Shown here: positions 36,923 through 49,127 of the stretch, one piece after another
Position numbering within the stretch: the first letter of the stretch is position 1
Layout of the letters: the number at the start of each line of letters is the position of its first letter
Source of the DNA: Malacoraja senta
Lineage: Eukaryota
Assembly (NCBI GenBank): GCA_038087875.1
Contig: CM075990.1
Span: 2,544,001-2,608,000 of the forward strand
Direction of reading: 5' to 3'
DNA length: 64,000 nucleotides
Program-made: the position numbers and the translations under genes
The notes under the pieces: generated by a model
What the model saw: only the letters and a program-made list of their open reading frames with translations
Told to the model about the DNA's origin: nothing
The model's database searches: none

Positions 36923-37593
36923 TGAAAGAGTTTAAAGATTTAGAAGCTACAAAATGGATTCTGCTGTAGATTTAGAAGCAATAAAATGTATGCTTAACCT
37001 TTCTCCTACAAGACTAGCGAGATTACAGCACAATAACATGAATGTTTTCGCCTTTCTTCTACAAGACTAGCGAGATTACAGCACAATTACATGAATGTTT
37101 TTGCCTTTCTTCTACAACACTAGCGAGATTACAGCACAATTACATGAATGTTTTTTCTTTATGATATAAATGATCAGAAAGATGTTCAGACAACTTGTTC
37201 TTACCCTTTACTCTACAGATTGTAATGTATAAAAAATAAATCAACAAGGTCAAAAAACAAGAGTACTTGAATCTGCAAAACAAAAGCTCCTTCAGCATAA
37301 CCATATATGGGCTAACCTTTCCTCTATTGTAAGAACCTGTCAATCCTCTGATTTTAACCATGTATGGACAAGGCAAGAGGTTATACAATGCTCTGTAAGA
37401 TAAAGAATTGCTGATTATTAGGGTATAAATATATCTGATTGAACATTACCTCTGTGTGTGGAGAAAGAGAGACTCTGTAGACTGTATTTTACATATTGTT
37501 AGAGTTCTCCCACACCCGCCTGGCGAAATAAAGACATTGCTGTATTACTTACCTTTGTGTTGTTATCTGTTTGAATCAAACTGAACTTTAACA
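36923..37593 (+). mobile_element. Candidate solo LTR (ERV/Gypsy-like)
   Basis: TG...CA termini flanked by the AAGG direct repeat (36919-36922 and 37594-37597). TATAAA at 37424, AATAAA at 37527, and three tandem repeats of about 52 bp at 37008-37150. Confidence 0.65.
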
Positions 37594-37694
37594 AAGGTAG
37601 CACAAGTGAAGAGTCAAGAGTGTTTTATCATCTTATGTGCCATCAGGTGAGCATGACCTGCTTACTTGCAGCAGCGCAATAGATATGTAAATAT

Positions 37695-38300
37695 GAAGAT
37701 AGACACAAAATACTGGAGTAACTCAGTGGGTCAGGCAGCATCTCTGGAGAGAAGGAATGGGTGATGTTTCTGGTTCCGGATTTTTTTCCCGAATTGGACC
37801 TGGGTTTTTATCCGGTTTTTTTGCCTCCTCCAGGAGATCACGCGGTTCTTGGGGTGGAGAGGGGTGATAGCGATATAAAGGGGAGGGTAGTGTCTTGTGT
37901 TCTGTGTCTTGTGTCTACTGTTTGTGGGTAAGGGTGTCTGTTTAGTGTTCAGCCATGAGCGAATGGCGGTGCGGGCTCGATGGGCCTGGTGGTCTACTCT
38001 CACACCTACTTTCTATGTTTCTATGTTTCTATGACACCCTTCTTCAGACTGAGAGTCAGGGAAGGGAAACACAGAGATAAGGAAGGGTAATATGTGAAAA
38101 CGAGACATCAAAAGAGATAAAGTTCAAGGGAAATGTAGAATATATCTTTGTTAGCTTGGAGAAGGTGACAACCAGGCAAACAGAGATAAAATGTCAGGGA
38201 CATTCAGACTGGGCGGAGAACTGGGAAGGGGGAGGGATGGAGAGAGAGGGAAAGCAAGGGTTAAGAAGTTAGAGAAGTCAATATTCATACTGCTGGGGTG
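37695..38300 (-). mobile_element. Penelope-like 3' region interrupted by a CR1-tailed insert (about 37775-38033, plus)
   Basis: PSSMNIDFSNF remnant and terminal motif. The insert ends (ctatgttt)n and splits the hammerhead-like core. Confidence 0.65.
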
Positions 38301-38599
38301 GGCAGCTAAATGGAATGTGTTAAAAATGGTTTGTGTTACAATGGAATACGTTGTAACTGTCAGCGCCCTTTGTGGCCACTCTTTGCATACCTTGGGTATG
38401 CAAAACGAAGCATATCACTGTGGCTTGCCACATGTAACAATAAAGTATCATTCGTTCATACATTCATTCATACATTCATTTTCAGAGGGATGGGAGGGGC
38501 AGTGATGAGAATCCAACACAAGACGCCATTGGGGGTTTACCACACTTTAAGGGGGGGCTGATATCTCCTTCGTGTTCCAGGTGTAGTTTGTTGCGAGCA

Positions 38600-38900
38600 G
38601 CATCTCCTTTTAGTAATAGGAAGTAATTTGAATCCAAACCCGCTGACAGTACATTTTTCTTGAACGTCAGAGTAAAGCTCTGCATCAGTGTGTGGATCTA
38701 AGGGAGGTTAGCTGAGATATTGAGCTGTTCTAACCTCTGTCCACAGCCATTAAACTCTGAGCCAGCTGAGTCCACTGCTGAAACGTGATCATTTGCTGCC
38801 ACGTCTCGGCGCCAAACAGAGAAAGCAACATTTTCCTAATTCTTTTTTTTTTCAACTGCTGGAGGATTAACATTAACCATTTCAAATATTTTGGCGGATG
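38600..38900. promoter_or_regulatory. Candidate conserved non-coding element
   Basis: Unique island containing gtaatttg, ccattaaa, cctaattc and gattaacattaa. Inference only. Confidence 0.25.
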
Positions 38901-39367
38901 CAGACAAAAGTCGGATGTTTGAATCAGGTTTTATTCACAAACCGATCAACGACAACAAGTCTGACAAACGCTTTGAATACAGGCCAAGCCACAACGGTGG
39001 CCTCGATTGACTAACTGGGCACAGCCAAGAAAACGCGCGAAAACCCGACCCCTCCCAGAGTCACGTGTTTGAGGAACCCAACCTCAGGGTTCGACTACAT
39101 GCGAGCACCAGCAGGTGCCGCGACAATATATATATTGAAATATGGCATCTCTCTGCGTGTCTCCCGGACGTGGATCTGCAATCATTCATTATATTTGCTT
39201 CGCTCTTTTGAACCTCTTCTCCTCTACACTGTGGATGGCCTGACTGTAATCGTGCATAGTCTTTCCGCTGACTGGATAGCACACAGCGAAAAAACTTTTC
39301 ATGTACGTGACAATAAACTAAACTAAATGAAAAATAAACTTCATGTACAGTCCAGATTTTATTGTAA

Positions 39368-39900
39368 AGGGGCTGTCCCACTGCGGTGACCTAATTGGCG
39401 AGTTTAGAAGAGTTTAGGAAAGTTTGAAAAAATGTCATGTTGAAGACCTCCTTCGACTATGTTGAAGACCAGCTAGGACTAGCTTCGGGAAAATTGGACA
39501 CCGAATAGTGGAGAGTGAAGATGACCACCTTCGATCTCTTTCGACCTCCCTTCGACCTCCCTTCGACTATGTTGAAGACTATCTACGACTATCTTCGACT
39601 ACCCTCGATTACCTACGACTAACATGCTGACCTACTACAACCTACTTCGACTAAACCTACAAGTACAAAACAAATCTAATTTTTGCATGGCGACCTTTTT
39701 TTACTCATGGGCATTTTTTTCAGCATGTTGCAAAATACGCCGCGACCTAGCGGAGGCCTTGAGTACGCGGGGACTACTCTCAAGCATGAAGGAGAGTTAC
39801 AAAGACCTCCTAGGACCTCGTGTCGACCATGCTGCGAGTATGAGTCGAGGACAAACTCGCCAGAACTCGCGGATTAGGTCGCCGCAGTGAGACAGGCCCT
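39368..39900. mobile_element. PIF/Harbinger-type MITE, long form, inverted relative to the 34772 copy
   Basis: aggggctgtcccactgcggtgacctaat...attaggtcgccgcagtgagacaggccct, flanked by TAA and TTA. Confidence 0.8.
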
Positions 39901-40129
39901 TTAGCCATTTGCTTAACACAGTATTTTGTCCCCTGAGTTAGGGTGATCATGTAGAGGTGTTCACAATCATGAGTGGGAATAGATAGGATGAACGTACAGT
40001 GTCTTTTCCCCAATGGATAGCGGTATGTGGATACGAAAGGTTGAAAGAGTTACAAGTCAACCGTGGGGAAATGAGACTAGCTTGGTGAGGCTTCGGTCAG
40101 TCTGGACAGTTTTGGTCAAAAGGTTCATG

Positions 40130-40432
40130 TTCATAAATTATAGGAGCAGAATTAGGCCATCGCGTCTACTCCACCGTTCAATCACGGCTGATCTATCTTT
40201 CCCTCTCAACCATATTCTTCTGGTTTCTCCCCGAAACCCCTTACATGCGTACTAATCAAGAATCTACTGATCTCCGCCTTAAAAATATCTATTGACTTGG
40301 CCTTCCCAGCCTCCTGTGGCACTGAATTCCACAGATTCACCATCCTCTGACTAGAGAAATCCCTCCTCATCTCCTTTCCAAAGGTATGTCCTTTTATTCT
40401 GAGGCTGTGGTCTCCAGTCCTAGACTCTCCTA
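40130..40432 (-). mobile_element. CR1 3' fragment
   Basis: GESRTGDHSLRIKG...QRMVNLWNS. Confidence 0.8.
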
Positions 40433-40436
40433 CTAA

Positions 40437-40760
40437 GGTGGCACGTTGGCGCAGCGGTAGAGTTGCTGCTTTCCCGTGCCTGCAGCGCCGGAGACCCGGG
40501 TTCGATCCCGATTGCGGACGCTGTCTGTCCGGAGTTTGTATGTTTTCCCCGTGACCTGCGTGGGTTTTCTCTGAGATTTTCGGTTTCCTCGAACACTCCA
40601 CAGAAGTACAGGTTTGTAGGTTAATTGGCTTGGTAAATGTACAAATTATCCCTAGTGTGTGTAGGATAGTGCTAATGTGCGGGGGATCGCTGGTTGTCGT
40701 GGACCCGATGGGCCGAAGGGCCTGGTCTGTGCTGTATTCTCTAAACTAAACTGAACTAGT
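40437..40760 (+). mobile_element. HE1-type V-SINE
   Basis: Head, V-domain and tail. Confidence 0.85.
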
Positions 40761-40914
40761 GGGAACTAGTGATTGGGCTGTTCACAGGTCAGTTTATGTG
40801 CTGTTGGTCTCTATTGTCTAAAAGAATGAGTAATCGGCTCTCGGACAAAAAATAATCACAGCAGGAATGTCACTCCAAATTGGGTAAATGACATTTCCAA
40901 AGTTAGCTTAAGAT

Positions 40915-41216
40915 AGTTTAGTTTAGAGATACAGTGCGGAAACAAGCCCTTCAGCCCACTGAGTCCGAGCCGACCATCGATCCCCACACATTAACACTAT
41001 CCTACACACACCAGGGACAATTTACAATTTGTTACCAAGCCAATTAACCTGCAAACCTGTACATCTTTGGAGTGTGGGAGGAAACCAGAGCACCTGGAGA
41101 AAACCCACGCAGGTCACAGGGAGAACGTCCAAACCCCGTACAGACAGCACCCGTAGTCAGGAGCTAACCCAGATCTCCGGCGGTGTTACGTTACCGCTGC
41201 GCCACCGTGCTGCCCC
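40915..41216 (-). mobile_element. HE1-type V-SINE
   Basis: Head, V-domain and tail. Confidence 0.85.
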
Positions 41217-41244
41217 TTAAATAAATGAACTGCTTTCTACAGTA

Positions 41245-41980
41245 TATGATACAATGATACAATGATACAATTTATTTGTTGTCATTTGAACCTCATTGAG
41301 GTTCAAACGAAATTTGCTTTCTGCACATACAAACAGGAAGAAGAACCAAGACACAACACAATTTACACAAACATCCATTACAGCGAATCTCCTCCTCGCT
41401 GTGATGGAAGGCAATTAAAGCCTCGCCGGGCGATGTAAGACCGCGCTCCGGGACTTGATGTTGGAGCCCCCGGCAGGCGATGGTAAGTCCCGCGGCCATT
41501 TAAAGCCGCTCCAGGTCATCCTCAACCCCGCAACTCGGGCGGGAGAAGTCGCCGTTGCGGAAGCCCCGAAAAACGGTCTCCCACCAGGGACCCGCGTGCT
41601 CCCGATGTCACCGTCCACCAGACCTGCGGCTGGAGCCTCCGAATCTCCGGGATCGGGCCACAGCCGCGCGCCACCACAGCTCTCCACGCTCCGAACTCGG
41701 CCAGCTCCGCGATGGTGAGTAGTCCGCACGCTCCGCGACTGGAGCCCCCAGGTCGTTCCGGTTGGAGGCCTGTTCCACGGTGCTAGGCCCCAACGACAAC
41801 GGAGACCCGACAGTGAAAGGTCGGGTCCTCCGTACAGAGAAAAGATTTTAAAAGTTCCCCACCTCCCCACACACATACCCAGTTTAAAAAACCCCACTAT
41901 AACTACACTCAAACGAGACAAAAAATAAAAAAAGACAGACGGACTGCAGAGGCCGCTGCAACGAGAGTCGTGCCGCCCAC
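41245..41980 (-). mobile_element. GC-rich non-autonomous retroposon, near full length
   Basis: On the minus strand: GC leader, T-rich tract, GC-rich body, stem-loop tccatcacagcga...tcgctgtaatgga and (attgtatc)n tail. Confidence 0.6.
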
Positions 41981-44059
41981 CCATTTGGTTTTGGTTTGGT
42001 GGATTTTCACTGAAATTATGCACAAGAAATAAAGAAGGATTGACTAAAATAATGTACGTGGGCATTTGATAAATTCAATCATAAGTGTGCCTTACCTGAT
42101 TGAAGTGCCCTCCAATGGGGGCGGCACGGTGGCGCAGCGGTAGAGTTACTGCCTTACCGCGCCAGAGACCCGGGTTCGATCCTGACTACGGGTGCTGTCT
42201 GTATGGAGTTTGTACGTTCTACCTGTGACTGCATGGAACCTGAGGGGAAACCCTTTTACAGAGAGGCTGGTGGGTGAATGGAACGAGCCGAGATACCGGC
42301 CTGCAAAATCGGCCTTGAAAGGCAGCTATGGTCAACAGAAAGTTGTCCGGAGTTTTAGAGGGCAGGGGGAAATATGACCTGCCCATCGGCCGCAGAAGTC
42401 CCGATGAGGTTGAGATCGGCCGCCTCACCCAGTCTAGGTGCCACATTTTCGGGGGGACTGCCAGTGGGGGGAGGGGTGGGGGGATGGGATATCAAGTGCG
42501 CTCTCGTAATTTTGTTCAGATTAAAGGAGGTGCCAGACTACCAGTTGCTGGCAAATCGGTGATGGACCTGTCGTAAAGGATCAAGTCATTCAAATTGTGC
42601 ACTTTGGTCTGGCACTGCTGATACTGTCACAAATCAAATTGTTGCACACCAGATCATCAGAATTCAGCTCCTCATATGATCACAGGTCCAGTAAATGTAG
42701 TCAGAGCATCTGTTCACTGAACAAAACCATTGCACTAACCTGTCAACTCAATCAGACTTCAGCCTTCACTGCACGCAAATCACACCTTGCCTTTTGATCC
42801 AATGCTCTATAAATAGTCGCCATTTTCAAATGCTCAAATTTTATATTCTCCGCCTTCAAACTGTTACTTTAAATCGGCACACTCCAAGAATCGCACACTT
42901 CTAACCATCAAGCATGTCTGAAGAAAGGTCTTGACCCGAAACGTTGCTCTTGTCATGGTGTGGAGTGCGGGCAGAGGCCTGTTCTTGTACTGTACTGTTC
43001 CTTGTTCTATGTTCAATGTTCTGGGCATGTATGCAGTATCGTGGAAGCAGAACTCCGAGCACAGGTTCGGCGTATGTAGAAGGGTCTGAAGAAGGTTCTC
43101 GACCTTGAAATGTCTCCCATTCCTTTTCTTCGGAGATGCTGCCTGACCCGCTGAGTTACTCCACCTTTCTGTGTCAATCTTTGGTTTAAACCAGCATCTG
43201 CAGTTCCTTCCTAAACATTGGGAAGTTTGCACGTTTTTCCCATGACCTGCGTGGGGTTTTCTCCTGGTGCTCCCGAAGTTTCCTCCCATACTCCAAAGAC
43301 ATGCAGGTTGGTAGGTTAATTAGCTTGGTGAAAATTGTAGATCGTCCCTAGTGTGTGTTGGGTAGTACTAATGTACGGGGTGATCGCTGGATGGCACGCT
43401 CGGCGGGCAGAAGGGGCTGTATCTCTAAAGTTCCACTCCAAACCATTCCCACTTCAAACCCCATTACGGAATTACGAAAACGGATGCTGCCTAGCTCGCT
43501 GAGGTGTTTGACCACTTAGTGTCTGTTGTTTAACAAAACTTAAGCCATTATAAACAGCGTTCTGCATCATCTGTTTAAGTCATCGCACATAACTTCACCA
43601 CGCTTAAAACTCGCTCACCGAAAACTGCTACTTTTCAAACTGTTGAGCTTCACATGAATCTACCTCAATCTGTCATTTCAAATATTTATAATTCAAACCC
43701 TCACGTCCCCATCCTTGTCAAATCTCAAAGCCGCGCACCTTAAACTGACACGCGTCACGTCGCCGCACATCAATCCCAATGCAAATTGCTTTCGTTCAGA
43801 CTTCAACATGTCATCTTTCCACGGATCTTTCAGTCACCACTGCACGCCAAACTGTTGCTCTTCATACGATGACTGCAGGGTGCAGAGAAGATTTCCGAGG
43901 ACGTTGCCAGGACTTGAGGGCCTGAGCCAGAGGGAGAGGTTGAGCAGGTTAGGAGTTTATTCCTTGCAAGCGCAGGAGGATGAGGGGTGACCTTCTAGAG
44001 GTGTGCATCAGATCATGAGGGGAATAGAGAGGGCAAAAGTAATTTACGCAGAGTCTTTT

Positions 44060-44610
44060 CGGGCAGCACGGCGGCGCAGTGGTAGAGTTGCTGCCTTACA
44101 GAGCGCCAGAGTCCCGGGTTCGATACCGACTACGGGTGCTGCCTGCACGGAGTTTGTACGTTCTCCCCGTGACCGGGTGGGTTTTCTCCGAGATCTCCGG
44201 TTTCCTCTCACACTCCAAAATTGTAAAGGTTCGCAGGTTAATTAATAATAGTAATAATAATTCATTTTATTTACTGGCTCCTTTCTAAAACCCAAGGACA
44301 CCTTACAAGGCATAGAATCACAAAAATACAACACACATAATCGGAAAAAATTAAATATAAAAACACCGCAGTACACAAATCAAGGACAGAATTCAATTTC
44401 AAAAGCACAATTGACTTGGTATAAATGTAAATTGTCCCTAGTGTGTGTAGGGTAGTGTTTGTGTAACTGTTTAAGGATTGACAGCTGAAGGTTCAGAGGT
44501 ACAGCGCGGAAACAGGCCCTTCGGCCCACTGAGTCCGCGCCGACCAGCGTTCCGCTGGTCGGCGCGGACTCAGTGGGCCGAAGGGCCTGTTTCCGCGCTT
44601 GTATCACTGA
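44060..44610 (+). mobile_element. HE1-type V-SINE with an internal insertion and a fold-back duplication
   Basis: Head at about 44060, interrupted at 44245-44410 and 44461-44550. Confidence 0.8.
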
Positions 44611-44642
44611 ACCTTCAGCTGTCAATCCTTGCACAGTCACAC
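44461..44642. repeat. Near-perfect palindrome of about 180 bp
   Basis: aaggattgacagctgaaggttcag...gaccagcg, a ttc loop, then cgctggtc...ctgaaccttcagctgtcaatcctt. Confidence 0.95.
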
Positions 44643-44909
44643 AAGACAAGTTCACATTCAAAGCAGCGCATTTCAAATCAACACTTCTCAAGCCATCAAA
44701 CCAAATCTGTGCACTTGAAACCGTCAAAGCATTTCAATTCACCACCGACACTACCATCAACATTCAAATGACCACAGCTCAAATCAATCCATTTTAAACT
44801 CTCATTCTCACAAATCAAACCGTACCAGATTAAAACTTTAGAACTTGGCAACATCATGCAACTGCGAAGCTTCATGCAAAAATGTTGCAGTTTAAAATCC
44901 ATACCTTAA

Positions 44910-45275
44910 GTTCATAAATTCCTGTGATGTGAGCAGAATTAGGCAATTCGGCTCATCAGGTCTACTCTGCCATTTAATCGTAGCTGATCTATCTCTCCCT
45001 CCTGACCCCATTCTCCTGCCTTCTCCCCATAACACCTTGCATCCACACTAATCAAGAATCTATCTATCTCTGCCTTGAAAATATCCATTGACTTGGTCTC
45101 CACAGCCTTCTGTTGCAATGAATTCCACAGATTCACCACCCTCTGACTAAAGAAATTCCTCCTCATCTCTTTCCTAGAGGATCATCCTTTAAATCTCAGG
45201 CTGTGCCCTCCGGTTCTAGACTCCCCCACTAGTGAAAATATCCACTGCACATTCACTCTATCCAGGCCTTTCATC
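44910..45275 (-). mobile_element. CR1 3' fragment
   Basis: MRRNFFSQRVVNLWNSL. Confidence 0.82.
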
Positions 45276-45309
45276 AATCGCAAGGGGGCTTCCGCACACT
45301 GCAATCCCA

Positions 45310-45832
45310 TACTACTTCCTTAGAAAGCTTAGGAAGTTTGCCTTGTCCCCAATAACTGTCACCAACATCTACAGATGCTCCGCAGAAAACATCTTATTGG
45401 GATGGTTTGACCATCAGACCATCACGTAAACCAACCTCCCTTCCATTGACTCCATTTACACTTCACGTTGTCTCGGCAGGACCAGCAGCATAATCAAGGA
45501 CCAGTCTCACCCCAGCCACTCCCTCTTCTCCCCTCTCCCATCAGGCAAGAGGTACAGAAGTGTGAAAACACACACCTCCAGATTCAGGGACAGTTTCTTC
45601 CCAGCTGTTATCAACCTACCAATAACTAGAGCGTAGTCCTGATCTATCTCATGGAAGACCCTCGGACTATCTTCGGTCGGACTTTACTGGCTTTATCTTG
45701 CACTAAACATTATTCATGTAATTCCCTTTATCATGTATCCGTATACTATGGACGGTTCGATTGCAATCAGTTATTGTTTTCCGCTGACTGGTTAGCATGC
45801 AACAAAAGCCTTTTACTGTACACCTGACAATA
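45310..45832 (+). mobile_element. Rex1-like LINE fragment
   Basis: YFLRKLRKF...NIYRC, SIIKDQSHPSHSLFSPLPSGKRY and the 3'UTR. Confidence 0.75.
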
Positions 45833-46034
45833 TACTTACCACAAGTGGGGCTTTCTGGAGCGCTAGTATGGGTGTTGTGGGCTGAAGGGACTGGTTTCCA
45901 GAGGGCTAGCATGGACACTGTGGGCCGAATGGATTCTTGGGCTGGCGGCTCAGTCACTCAAGCCTGATGTGCTGGCAGCTCACCCACTCACAGCTGGAGG
46001 GATGGCAGTTGACTCACGGCTATTCCTTGAAATT

Positions 46035-46205
46035 CCATTTCAAGCGAGGCGCAAGGCCACCAAATTCAAGTGCAGTTTCTTACCACTTCAAGCAGGGTGC
46101 AAGGCCACCAAATTCAAGTGCTGTTTCTTACCACTTCAAGCAGGGTGCAAGGCCACCAAATTCAAGTGCAGTTACATACCATTTCAAGCAGGGTGCAAGG
46201 CCACT
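46035..46205. repeat. 48-bp minisatellite, about 3.5 copies
   Basis: Unit ccacttcaagcagggtgcaaggccaccaaattcaagtgctgtttctta. Confidence 0.92.
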
Positions 46206-46526
46206 AAAGACAGCGAGTCGTGACCTCTCCCTCCTCCATCTTACAGAGACTGAGCCATGCCAACACTTATGGGTTTTATATTCCCTCCCCCACTCCACCA
46301 GAAGGGGTGTGGCCTTCATGGTGTGATTGACAGGAGAGAGAAACTCAACATTTCTAAAACACTAATAACTCTTTTATTTTTCATCGATGGGAAAAGTCCT
46401 CGGCACCTGATGAGCGGAGGGCGACTGAGTAAGATGGCCAAAAAGCACAGCCGTACGTGGTAGCGTTTTTTCTCAAATCAATATAAAGCGCAAACAGGGT
46501 CAAGATTAAACTTTTAATTATATAGA

Positions 46527-46640
46527 AGGCAAGGCAACTTTAATTAGGCAAGGCAACTTTAATTAGGCAAGGCAACTTTAATTAGACAAGGCAACTTTAA
46601 TCAGGCAAGGCAACTTTAATTAGGCAAGGCAACTTTAATT
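46527..46640. repeat. 19-bp tandem repeat, 6 copies
   Basis: Unit aggcaaggcaactttaatt. Confidence 0.95.
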
Positions 46641-46761
46641 AGGCAACACAGCTTTAGCATTTCCAAACCAAAGGCAACACAGCTTTAGCATTTCCAAACC
46701 AAAGGCAACACAGCTTTAGCATTTCCAAACCAAAGGCAACACAGCTTTAGCATTTCCAAAC
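46641..46761. repeat. 31-bp tandem repeat, about 4 copies
   Basis: Unit aggcaacacagctttagcatttccaaaccaa. Confidence 0.95.
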
Positions 46762-48189
46762 TATATTTTCAAACTACATTAAGGGCACTGACTGGTCAGT
46801 AAAACCACTCACAGTTTAGTAGACATGTGTTCAGTGTTATTCACAGCTCAGACTGAGAGACGTGACCCTCTCGCTTCCCCCATCTTGCAGAGACAGACTC
46901 AGGCACTCAACACTTCCGGGTTTTATAGTCCCTCTGGAAGGGGCGTGGCCTTCAGGAGAGAGAATCTCAACATTTTTTAAACACTAATAATTCTTTTATT
47001 TTTAATCGATGGAAAAACCTTGTCCTGCGCTGCGGAAGGGGACTCTGAGTAAGATGGCCAAAAATCACAACCGTAAGTGGCAGCGTTTTTTCTAAAATCA
47101 ATATACAGAACAACAGGAAGTGGTCAAGATCAGACTTTTAGTAATATAGATGAGAAGAATAGATAGGGTAAATGCACAGTCTTTTTCCCAGAATAGTGCA
47201 ATCGAGAACCAGAGGATATAGGTTTAAGATGAGGGGGGAAAGAAAGAATCTGAGTGGTAATTTTTTTTAGACGATTAGACAGGTACATCGCTAGGATAGG
47301 TTTGGAGGAATATGGACCAAATGCTGGCAGGAGGGACATGTGGGCAAGTTGGGCCGAAGGGCCTGTTTCCACCCTGTATCGCTCTATGACTCCAAGACTT
47401 TATCTGCATCTCCATCCTACACATTTTATCTGCTCCACTGCAAATTCTCCTCATTGTATGCCTTCTTTCTCCACCTCAGTCTGAAGAAGGATTCCAACCA
47501 GAAACGTCACCCATCCTTTTTCTCCAGAGATGCTTCCTGCCCCGCTGAGTTACTCCAGCACTTTGTGTTTATCTTAGGCTTAGAGGGATATTAGCCAAGT
47601 GCGAGCAGGTGGGACTAGCGTAGATGGGACATGTTGTTTGGTGTGGGCAAGTTGGGCCAAGGGCAATATATTTTACAGATTTGTGTGCTTGTGGAATGCA
47701 TTGCCAGGGGTGGTGGTGGAGGCAGATACGATAGTGGTGTTTAAAAGTCTTTTAGTTAGGCACATGGCAATGCAGGGAATAGAGGGATATGGATCACGTG
47801 CAGGCAGATAAGATAACTTGGCATCATGTTCAACATAAACATTGTGGGCTGAAGGGCTGTAGTGTAGTGTTATATGTTCGATAATCTATAACATCCATTA
47901 GGATGGACAATAAATAGGGCGTAGAGGTAGAGCTACTGTTTTACAGCACCAGAGACCAGAGTTCGATCCTGACTACAGGTGCTGTCTGTATGGAGTTTGT
48001 ACGTTTTCCCCGTGACCTGTGTGGGTTTTCTCCAAGAGTTTCCATTTCCTCCCACACTCCAAAGACGTGCAGGTTTGTAGGTTAATTGGCTTGGTATAAA
48101 ATGTAAACAATTGTTTTAAACTTAGGACTTTATTCATTTCACGTCAGACAAACTCAGCTAAAACTCATCATACTTCAAACCATTGCACT

Positions 48190-48845
48190 TAGACAATAGA
48201 CAATAGACAATAGGTGCAGGTGTAGGCCATTCGGCCCTTCGAGCCAGCACTGCCATTCAATGTGATCATGGCTGATCATCCACAATCAGTACCCCGTTCC
48301 TGCCTTCTCCCCATATCCACTGACTCCGCTATTTTTAAGAGCCCTATCTCGCTCTCTCTTGAAAGCATCCAGAGAACCGGCCTCCACCGCCCTCTGAAGG
48401 GCCTGTCCCACTTTCACGACCTAATTCACGACCTCTGCCGAGTTTGCCCTTGACTCATACTCGCAGCATGGTCGTCACGTGATGGTAGGAGGTTGTAAGA
48501 GGTCGTAGGTAGGTCGTAGGTAGGTCGTAGCAGGTCGTGATGCTAGTCGTAGGTACTCGTGGCGTCAAGTAGGTCGCGGCGTTATGTTAAGCCTGATGAA
48601 AAATGTCCACGAGTAAAAAAGTGGTACAGGCCCTTGAGGCAGAGAATTCCACAGACTTACAACTCTCTGTGTGAAAAAGTGTTTCCTCGTCTCCGTTCTA
48701 AATGACTTACCCCTTATTCTTAAACTGTGGCCCCTGGCTCTGGACTCCCCCAACATCGGGAACATGTTTCCTGCCTCTAGCATGTCCAACCCTTAATAAT
48801 ATTATATGTTTCACTAAGATCTCCTCTCATCCTTCTAAACTCCAA
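48190..48845 (-). mobile_element. CR1 3' fragment interrupted by a MITE
   Basis: DMLEAGNMFPMLGESRARGHSLRIRG and (ctattgt)n tail. Confidence 0.87.
48398..48634. mobile_element. PIF/Harbinger-type MITE, short form
   Basis: agggcctgtcccac...gtggtacaggccct with TGA duplicated on both sides. Removing it restores the CR1 sequence ccctctgaggcagag. Confidence 0.85.
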
Positions 48846-49127
48846 GCCCAGCCACTCCATTCTCTCTTCAGTCTTCTCATGTCACTTGAATCCATTTTGT
48901 TGCAATTTAAACTGATGCACTTTACAAGATTATCCTTCAGTCACTGATAAAACCACAATAGTTTAAAATAGTGTCTAATTTGCACACATTGGATCGTCAC
49001 TTTTGTTCTCAGTTTTTCCAAAACTTTCAAGCTCCACATGTCAAACTATGTTATTCCAAATTCTCACAATTCAAAAACTCATAGTTAATGCAGTCACTCT
49101 TTCTAATGTTATTGTTTTGTGGCATTG

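Larger units (their letters stand above)
45835..47150 (-). mobile_element. Composite non-autonomous element, possibly Helitron-like
   Basis: Two diverged blocks of about 300 bp (46218-46526 and 46861-47150), each starting TCTATA(T/A)T..AAAAG on the minus strand, plus embedded minisatellites. No CTRR 3' end found. Confidence 0.4.

Noticed and set aside
46035..46761. Possible CRISPR array or repeat-protein gene (YHFKQGARPPNSSAVS repeats)
   Set aside because: These are head-to-tail minisatellites without spacers. The ORF is open only because the 48-bp unit lacks stops.
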